Positions 57,551-64,000 of a stretch of 64,000 nt of DNA are shown here, in pieces. Source of the stretch: Patescibacteria group bacterium. GTDB lineage: Bacteria; Patescibacteriota; Patescibacteriia; UBA1558; GWA2-36-10. Positions within the stretch are counted from its first letter, which is position 1. Every line of letters begins with the position of its first letter. The notes beneath the pieces were generated by a model. It did no database searches, was not told the origin of the DNA, and saw only the letters and a list, made by a program, of their open reading frames with translations. The stretch is from assembly GCA_018819405.1 (NCBI GenBank), contig JAHJQF010000001.1:513377-577376 (forward strand), read 5' to 3'. A program made the translations under genes and the position numbers.

Positions 57551-58368
57551 AAAAAAATAAAAAAATTTTAGTAGTCGGCTGCGGCAATATGGGACAAGCG
57601 ATAATCAGTCAGCTTTTGGATTGCAGATTTAGCTCCCGAAAATATTTAGCTGGTTTTGATAAAGCAAAAAATAGAGCAAAAGTAAGGGGGCTGTATGATA
57701 TAGATATGGTCGGTGATCTTAATAAAGCTATAGACAATGCTGACATTATTATTTTTTCTATAAAGCCACAACAGTTTAATGATATAGCAAAACAAATAAA
57801 AGGACGATTAAAACCAAATCAATTAGTAGTTTCTATTATGGCCGGTATTTCCTATAAACATATTAGTCAAAGTATAAAGCATAAAAAAGTAGTGCGAGCC
57901 ATGCCCAATTTGGCATTACAGGTCGGGCATAGTGTCACGGCTTGGTATACTCCTAGGGCATTTGTTAAAAGTGTCAAAAGTACTACCAATAGTCTATTGT
58001 CTGTTTTCGGGGCAGTTCTAGAAGTAAAAAAAGAAGATATGATAGACAAGGTGACAGCCATTAGTGGTTCCGGGCCAGCTTATTTCTTTTTTACAGCCGA
58101 GGCCTTAGAAAGTGTTGCTTTAGATTTTGGTTTCAACAAAAGACAGGCAGCTATGTTAGCCAAAGATACTTTCATTGGGGCAGCCAAGCTAGCACAGGTA
58201 GATAAGAGAGATAATAAAAAGTTGCGTCAAGCAGTCACTTCCAAAGGCGGCACTACCGAAGCAGCTATTAGAGAAATAAGTACAGATTTTTTATCTATGT
58301 GGCGTCGAGCTCTAAAAGCAGCTCATCAAAGGGCAAAAGTAATTTCCAAGAAATATGAATCCCGTTAG
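57547..58368 (+). CDS. proC: Pyrroline-5-carboxylate reductase
   Basis: GCGNMG, IKPQ, RAMPN, SGSGPAY, VTSKGGTT. Confidence 0.96.
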   Translation: MKKNKKILVVGCGNMGQAIISQLLDCRFSSRKYLAGFDKAKNRAKVRGLYDIDMVGDLNKAIDNADIIIFSIKPQQFNDIAKQIKGRLKPNQLVVSIMAGISYKHISQSIKHKKVVRAMPNLALQVGHSVTAWYTPRAFVKSVKSTTNSLLSVFGAVLEVKKEDMIDKVTAISGSGPAYFFFTAEALESVALDFGFNKRQAAMLAKDTFIGAAKLAQVDKRDNKKLRQAVTSKGGTTEAAIREISTDFLSMWRRALKAAHQRAKVISKKYESR

Positions 58369-58440
58369 AAATTCACAAAATTCTGACAGGATATAATAGT
58401 AAATAATTAATATATAATTTAACTATAATTTCTAACGGGA
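58360..58440 (+). mobile_element. MITE-like element, AGAAATT subfamily
   Basis: TCCCGTTAGAAATT / AATTTCTAACGGGA with TGAA on both flanks; supplies the proC stop and the A of the proA ATG. Confidence 0.88.
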
Positions 58441-59699
58441 TGAATAAAGATATTATCATTATTGGAAAGAGAGCTAAGGATGCTTCTCGGGAATTTGCTA
58501 CTGCAAGTAGTCAGCAAAAAAATGCGTTGCTGACTACTCTGGCATCTATGATAGCCTTTTATAAAAAGCAAATTCTTGATGCCAACAAAAAAGATCTATC
58601 AAATTATGTTAAAGATCATCCATTTTTTGATCGTCTAATGCTCAATGATTAGCGTCTGGATGAAATTAGACGTAGTTTGTTGGCTGTAGCCAAATTGCCT
58701 GATCCAATAGGAGAAATATCAGATGAAAAACGTCGTCCTAGCGGTATAGTAGTGTCCCGTATGAGAGTGCCTTTGGGTGTATTGGGAGTTATTTATGAAG
58801 CTAGACCAAATGTGACTATAGAGATTTCTAGTTTGGGGCTCAAATCGGGTAATGCTATTGTACTCAAGGGTGGTAAAGAAGCTATAAATAGTAATCAGAT
58901 TTTGGTAAAGATTATCCAAAAAGCCTTGGTCAAAAATGGATTTTCTAAATATACTGTTCAGCTTATCGGCACAAATCAGCGTAGTTTGGTGGCTGATATG
59001 ATAAGGATGAATAAATATATAGATGTTATAGTCCCTCGTGGAGGCAGGAGACTGATTGATTTTGTCAGAGACAATGCCTCGGTGCCTGTGATTGAGACCG
59101 GAGCAGGAGTTTGCCATACTTATGTAGAAAAAAGTGCTGATTTGAAAAAAGCCGTAAGGATTGTGGTGAATGCCAAGACCCAGCGGCCAAGTGTCTGTAA
59201 TGCTTTGGATACTTTGGTACTAGACAGTCAGATTGCCAAAAAGTTTTTGGCGTTATTGTCAGAGGAGCTGTCAAAGCACAGTGTGTTACTGCGCGCCGAT
59301 TCGGTCAGCTATTATATATTAAAAAAATATTATCCCAACAGTTTATTAAAAAAAGCTAAATTGTCAGATTTTAGCAAAGAATTTTTGGGTTTGGAGATGT
59401 CTATCAAAACAGTCAATAATGCTAAACAAGCTATGGATTTTATACAAGAGTATAGTTCGGGACATTCAGAAGCAATTTTGACCAAAAATGCCAAACTGGG
59501 ACAAATTTTTTTGAGGACAATTGATGCCGCAGCAGTCTATGTTAATACTTCCACTCGTTTTACAGATGGTTTTGAATTTGGTCTGGGTGCTGAAGTAGGT
59601 ATTTCTACTCAAAAATTGCACGCCAGAGGTCCTATGGGTCTCAAGGCGCTTACTAGTATGAAGTGGATTGTAAATAGTGATTGGAAGGGCAGGAAATAA
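58440..59699 (+). pseudogene. proA: Glutamate-5-semialdehyde dehydrogenase with one in-frame TAG (58650-58652)
   Basis: ORFs 58440-58652 and 58677-59699 share a frame; DRL.L, VPLGV.GVIYEARP, RPSVCNA, STRFTDG, HARGP. Confidence 0.85.
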
Positions 59700-59727
59700 A
59701 AATATATTTAAAAGAAATATAATTAAA

Positions 59728-60822
59728 ATGAATAATAATATTATTGGTTTAATTTTTGGAGGTCAATCAGCAGAACATGATATATCAATCATGTCGGCTG
59801 GTTTTGTAAGAAAAGCTTTATTACAAAATAATTTTGAAATTATTTTGATAGTTATTGATAAAGAAGGATATTGGAGATTAGTAGATAATGAAAGTTTTGA
59901 TGGTATTTCAAATGGCCATATCAAATTAAGCGACATGAGAAAAATTATACCTATACCTCAGGGCAAGGGAGAATTTCTAGTTTTTGAAGGGGCAAATTCT
60001 AATAAATTATTTAAAATTAAAATAGATATTGCTTTCCCAGTTTTGCATGGCCCTATGGGAGAGGACGGTGTAGTCCAAGGTTTGTTAAAGATATTGGGTA
60101 TACCTTTTGTTGGAGCGGATGTTTTAGGTTCATCTATAGGCATGGATAAGGTAATTATGAAGAAGGTATTAAGAGATTCTAATATTCCGGTAGGCAATTT
60201 TTTATATTTTAATAAACCCCAAAAATCAGATATTAATTATAATGAAATTAATGATGTTTTAAAAACTCCATTCTTTGTAAAACCTGCTAACATGGGATCA
60301 TCTGTGGGCATAAGTATGGTCGATAACGAATCTCAACTTAGTAGTGCTCTTGATGCAGCATTTAACTATGATAATAAAATAATAATAGAAGAGTTTATAA
60401 ATGGTCGTGAATTAGAGTGCTCCGTTTTGGGGGATGACATTATAGCTGAAGCATCTTTACCAGGAGAAATTAAGTTAGTTAATAATAAATTTTATTCTTA
60501 TGATGAGAAATATAATGATAGTAGCACCACGATCATTGAAATTCCCGCTAAATTAAATAAAGATTTATCAGAAGAAATTCAGAATTTAGCAATTAAGACT
60601 TTTAAAGTTTTGAATTGTTATGGAATGGGAAGGGTAGATTTTTTTCTCACAAAAGAAAACAAGTTAATTGTAAATGAGATAAATACTATTCCTGGGTTTA
60701 CAAAAATTAGTATGTATCCAAAGTTATGGGAAGCAAGCGGAATAGGATCAGCAGAGCTTATTCGTCGTTTAGTAGATTTAGCTATTATCAGGTTTGATAA
60801 AGAAAAATTATTAAATATATAA
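59728..60822 (+). CDS. ddl: D-alanine-D-alanine ligase
   Basis: FGGQSAEH.IS, LHGP.GEDG, KP..MGSSVG, NEINTIPGFT..SMYP; start set to ATG 59728. Confidence 0.96.
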   Translation: MNNNIIGLIFGGQSAEHDISIMSAGFVRKALLQNNFEIILIVIDKEGYWRLVDNESFDGISNGHIKLSDMRKIIPIPQGKGEFLVFEGANSNKLFKIKIDIAFPVLHGPMGEDGVVQGLLKILGIPFVGADVLGSSIGMDKVIMKKVLRDSNIPVGNFLYFNKPQKSDINYNEINDVLKTPFFVKPANMGSSVGISMVDNESQLSSALDAAFNYDNKIIIEEFINGRELECSVLGDDIIAEASLPGEIKLVNNKFYSYDEKYNDSSTTIIEIPAKLNKDLSEEIQNLAIKTFKVLNCYGMGRVDFFLTKENKLIVNEINTIPGFTKISMYPKLWEASGIGSAELIRRLVDLAIIRFDKEKLLNI

Positions 60823-60857
60823 AAAAGCAGGTTTCAAAGAAACTGGCAAAATAAATA

Positions 60858-60888
60858 CAACCTCCGAGGTTAATCAACCTCCGAGGTT
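60858..60888. repeat. REP-like doublet CAACCTCCGAGGTT x2
   Basis: Two identical 14-mers separated by AAT, followed by a T tract. Confidence 0.75.
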
Positions 60889-61033
60889 GTTTTTTTACTT
60901 GACAGTCTTTTTTTGTTGTTATATATTTAGAGTAGAAGCTAGAGACGGCTATAAATATAGCGACGGCTCTAAACATAGCTCTTTAAAATAAAGAGAGAAA
61001 GGTAATTGACTTCCTAAGAGAAAGGAGGAAATC

Positions 61034-61987
61034 ATGACTCAGCAAACTTTGTGTTGCTACGATTTGATTATGGTCAGGTCGGGCGAAATACTCACAATAA
61101 ATGGTAACTTTGATGGAGAATATTGCCGTGCTACTTTGAGCTTGTTTCCCTCTTCTATGGGGAATAGGCTTATAGACGGCCGTGTATATAAGAAAGCAAC
61201 TTATGAGTTGGGATATAAGATTCCCTACGTCAGGAAGATATTAGATTTACCTGGTCAGCAGCAGTTTTTGGTAGACAGGAACAGCATCGTCAGAGTGTAT
61301 TCTGCAAGGAGAGCTTTTGACTCTTTGTCCTTTCAGGATAAAATTAGGACGCGTTTGTTCATGGACTATCTGGGTCTAGATTACAATTTTCACGGTTTGA
61401 CTGGTAGTAGTGCATCGGGCTGTCGGCTCTCTGACTCTGACTTTGATTGGGTTTTGTATACCAATCAATTATGGTCAGTTAAACAGAGGGTAGTTGATGT
61501 CCCTAGGATGTTGACTTTCGATATGCAACACGCTTATCGAAAGTATCATGTCTTTGAGGTGCTGTCTAAGCAGGACATAGATTTGATTTTTGGCAATAAG
61601 TGGAAGTATCTATGGTTTTGCGGTCTGCACATATCAGTTAATTTTGTTGATATGGCTGTACGCGCTGACCACCTTTGCGATACTGACAATTGCCGAGATC
61701 GTCTTGTTTTGCGAGGTAGGGTAATAGATGGGAAAGGCTCCTATTACTCTCCTTATGTCATTCCATTCGAAAGCGATGGGCAGACGTACCAGATACTCAC
61801 TTGGCTTTATTTGTATAATGGAGCCTTTGCATCTGGTGACCTAATAGAGCTATCAGCTCGGAGAGGATCTTTTGGAGGGCAGGAGTATTTGGTAGTCGAA
61901 AGACCACCAGATTACATTCGTAAGTTGGTCTGCAAGGATGGAGGAGGCTATGTCTCTGATAGACTATATTCAGCTAGTAGTAGCTGA
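61034..61987 (+). CDS. Pol-beta-like nucleotidyltransferase domain protein with OB-like C-terminus
   Basis: GLTGS...G....SDFDW (GS-x-DxD); AAGGAGG RBS. Confidence 0.65.
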   Translation: MTQQTLCCYDLIMVRSGEILTINGNFDGEYCRATLSLFPSSMGNRLIDGRVYKKATYELGYKIPYVRKILDLPGQQQFLVDRNSIVRVYSARRAFDSLSFQDKIRTRLFMDYLGLDYNFHGLTGSSASGCRLSDSDFDWVLYTNQLWSVKQRVVDVPRMLTFDMQHAYRKYHVFEVLSKQDIDLIFGNKWKYLWFCGLHISVNFVDMAVRADHLCDTDNCRDRLVLRGRVIDGKGSYYSPYVIPFESDGQTYQILTWLYLYNGAFASGDLIELSARRGSFGGQEYLVVERPPDYIRKLVCKDGGGYVSDRLYSASSS

Positions 61988-62447
61988 AGACAGTAGAATC
62001 GTCGAGTTGTGTGAGTTTTTGAGTCGGGAGGACATAGACCGTTCTTTTGTCCTACCATTGTCTAGTAGGGACATTAGCATTAGAGAAAGGGTGGTAAAAA
62101 TACAAAAGCAAGGTTTTTGGTTGCTGGCTATACATGGAAACAAAATAGTTGGCTGCCGTGGCTGCAAAGGAATTGTTGACGAAAAGGAGGATATTTTGGA
62201 GTTTTCCACCACAGTTGTTGACCCTAGTTATCGGGGGATTGGTTTGGGGATGCTTATCTTCCGACAAGGGGTCAAGTTAGCTCGTGATCGGTATAAGCCC
62301 AAAGTCGTGAGGATGGACAGTACGCCTGATAATGAAGCCATCAAGAGGATGGCTGCCGATTCAGGTTTTGTTGTAAGTCGTATCTACGACGATCCTGTAA
62401 AAAGAGGCTCTGGAGGAAAGTCAATCGAATATATTCTCTGTTTATAG
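61950..62447 (+). CDS. GNAT family N-acetyltransferase
   Basis: VVDPSYRGIGLG, N.A......GF; GGAGG RBS before ATG 61950. Confidence 0.85.
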   Translation: MSLIDYIQLVVAEDSRIVELCEFLSREDIDRSFVLPLSSRDISIRERVVKIQKQGFWLLAIHGNKIVGCRGCKGIVDEKEDILEFSTTVVDPSYRGIGLGMLIFRQGVKLARDRYKPKVVRMDSTPDNEAIKRMAADSGFVVSRIYDDPVKRGSGGKSIEYILCL

Positions 62448-62515
62448 CCCCTGTGCCACAAGGTGCAGGGGCATCCAATATTGTTAGTTGTTTGATAAAT
62501 TATTATAATAAATGT

Positions 62516-63328
62516 ATGAAAATAAAGATATTAGGATCAGGAGCTTGGCAAGGTATTCCAGCATCGTTTTGTAACTGCGATATTTGTCAGAAGGCATCCA
62601 AAAATTTATATACTAAAGACGCTCGTACTCGTCCACAATTTATGGTTGAGACCAAACAGGGGACTTTCTTGATGGAAATAAGCCCTGATATAAGGCTGCA
62701 ATCCACCAGGTTTTCTTTACCAAACGTTAATAATTTTTTAGTAAGTCATTGGCATTTTGATCACATGTATGGTTTGCATGAACTTTTGACTTGGTCAAAG
62801 GGATTGGAGACTAGGCCATTGTTATACGGATCTGTTGCCACAAAAGATAAAATAGATAAAGAATTTAGTTATTTGCCATTTGATTTTCAGTTGTTAGAGC
62901 CCTATAAAAAATTTAATATTTTCGGGGTAGATATAACACCATTGCCTTTATATCATGCATTTACAATAGATGAAGAATTTTCAGAAAATGATATTAATAA
63001 CACTTTTGGATATATGCTGGGGCATGAAGGAAAAAAAGTAGTTTATTTATCAGATTATTATAAAGTACCGCAGAAAGTTTTGGATAAAATCAAAGGAGCT
63101 GATGTGTTGATTGCAGACGGCACTTATCTTTTTACTGATAAGTTCAGAGGAATAAAACTAAATCATTTGCATAATGTAGATATATTGCAGTTAGTTGATA
63201 AAATTCAGGCAAAACAAGTTTATTTTCATAGTATTTCCCATTTGACCAGTTTGAACCATCAGGAAATGCAAGAAAAATTGTCAGAAAACCATTTTATTTC
63301 ATACGACGGTTTAGAAATTGATCTTTAA
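62516..63328 (+). CDS. MBL-fold metallo-hydrolase (PhnP-like)
   Basis: LGSG...G.P...C.C..C, SHWHFDH, D.LI.DGT, H.SH; start set to ATG 62516. Confidence 0.9.
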   Translation: MKIKILGSGAWQGIPASFCNCDICQKASKNLYTKDARTRPQFMVETKQGTFLMEISPDIRLQSTRFSLPNVNNFLVSHWHFDHMYGLHELLTWSKGLETRPLLYGSVATKDKIDKEFSYLPFDFQLLEPYKKFNIFGVDITPLPLYHAFTIDEEFSENDINNTFGYMLGHEGKKVVYLSDYYKVPQKVLDKIKGADVLIADGTYLFTDKFRGIKLNHLHNVDILQLVDKIQAKQVYFHSISHLTSLNHQEMQEKLSENHFISYDGLEIDL

Positions 63329-63357
63329 TAAATAGTATAAAAACCACCGAGGAGAAA

Positions 63358-63786
63358 TTATTTTTTAAAAGCCTTATTTACTTGTTCTTTACTAAGATAT
63401 AGATATGAGAGTTTTGGGTCACAGTAGTGTCTACCAGTTTTTATCTTACCATCTTTAAACTCTAGTACTATTACTAAAGGAGTGCGAAATTTTTTCTTGG
63501 TTTTTGGATCAGTATAGCTTTCTATCATCTCTACTATTACTAGATTTTTTCCTTCCGCGATGTTTTTTATATCATAATGTCGATCTTTTATCACATATAC
63601 TTCTGATAGGTCTTTGGGGGATATTTTCTCCGATCTGGGAAACAACACACCTTTTCTATTTTGGTAGACCCAGGTCATAGTATAGTCGCGATGCATTTTT
63701 TTCAAAGAAGATTTTACATCACCTTTTACTTCATCTGACAGTATATCCAAAACTAATTTAATATTTTTACTTAGTTTCTTATTCAT
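63358..63786 (-). CDS. NTF2/SnoaL-like protein
   Basis: AEG..V..E, V..F.DGKI...R.Y.D. Confidence 0.8.
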   Translation of the reverse strand: MNKKLSKNIKLVLDILSDEVKGDVKSSLKKMHRDYTMTWVYQNRKGVLFPRSEKISPKDLSEVYVIKDRHYDIKNIAEGKNLVIVEMIESYTDPKTKKKFRTPLVIVLEFKDGKIKTGRHYCDPKLSYLYLSKEQVNKAFKK

Positions 63787-63825
63787 AATATTGAGTTAAT
63801 TTATATATAAATAATATCATATAAT

Positions 63826-64000
63826 ATGAATTACTATCAAGCAAAAACAGAAGGTGATTTCAAATTTATAGCTTCACTTTTTAGTCCAGACCATACGGAA
63901 TATATGTTGACCAAAAAGGTAGACTATAAACATTTGATGAAGTCAGGTCAGTCAGAATATAGACATAATTTTATTGCTACTGTAGATGGTAAAAAAATTG
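63826..64000 (+). CDS. 5' part of a probable GNAT-like protein (truncated by window edge)
   Basis: MNYYQAKTEGDFKFI...NFIATVDGKKI, open to the window end. Confidence 0.5.
   Translation, partial: MNYYQAKTEGDFKFIASLFSPDHTEYMLTKKVDYKHLMKSGQSEYRHNFIATVDGKKI

Noticed and set aside
1-64000. CRISPR array or cas genes
   Set aside because: No regularly spaced direct repeats with unique spacers; the repeats found are dispersed inverted repeats or a coding tandem repeat.
1-64000. Alternative genetic code (UGA=Gly or global UAG recoding)
   Set aside because: TGA and TAG end conserved genes at expected positions (gatB, dnaE; tmk, rplY), and long ORFs translate intact under the standard code.

Overview
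AT-rich chromosomal window, standard genetic code, most consistent with a Patescibacteria/CPR (Parcubacteria-like) bacterium. This is inferred from gene content and from core genes lacking Shine-Dalgarno sequences. Core content: a dTMP synthesis cluster (dCMP deaminase, thyA, folA, dut, tmk), gatB, a MiaB-MiaA fusion, guaB, thrS with a T-box leader, dnaE, rodA, rplY, a MacAB-type ABC system, prmC-prfA-rpmE, rpsB-tsf-pyrH, ricT, gap, cysS, four HisKA_7TM-type sensors next to lipid-handling genes, proB-proC-proA (proA has one in-frame TAG) and ddl. The most striking signal is a family of about 13 short inverted-repeat elements or half-sites (ends CCCCGTTA...TAACGGGG) sitting at gene starts and stops. 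One member (46734-47015) carries a lone GIY-YIG nuclease gene between the repeats, suggesting an autonomous element with MITE-like derivatives and no classical transposase. Other highlights: a promoter-to-terminator array of six tRNA or aberrant tRNA-like cloverleaves (42056-42628), an unannotated 53-aa Cys-rich peptide coupled to a radical SAM/SPASM enzyme (candidate RiPP), a candidate proline leader-peptide attenuator and a possible remote DGR target gene. All calls were made by eye from sequence and motifs; no database searches were run.
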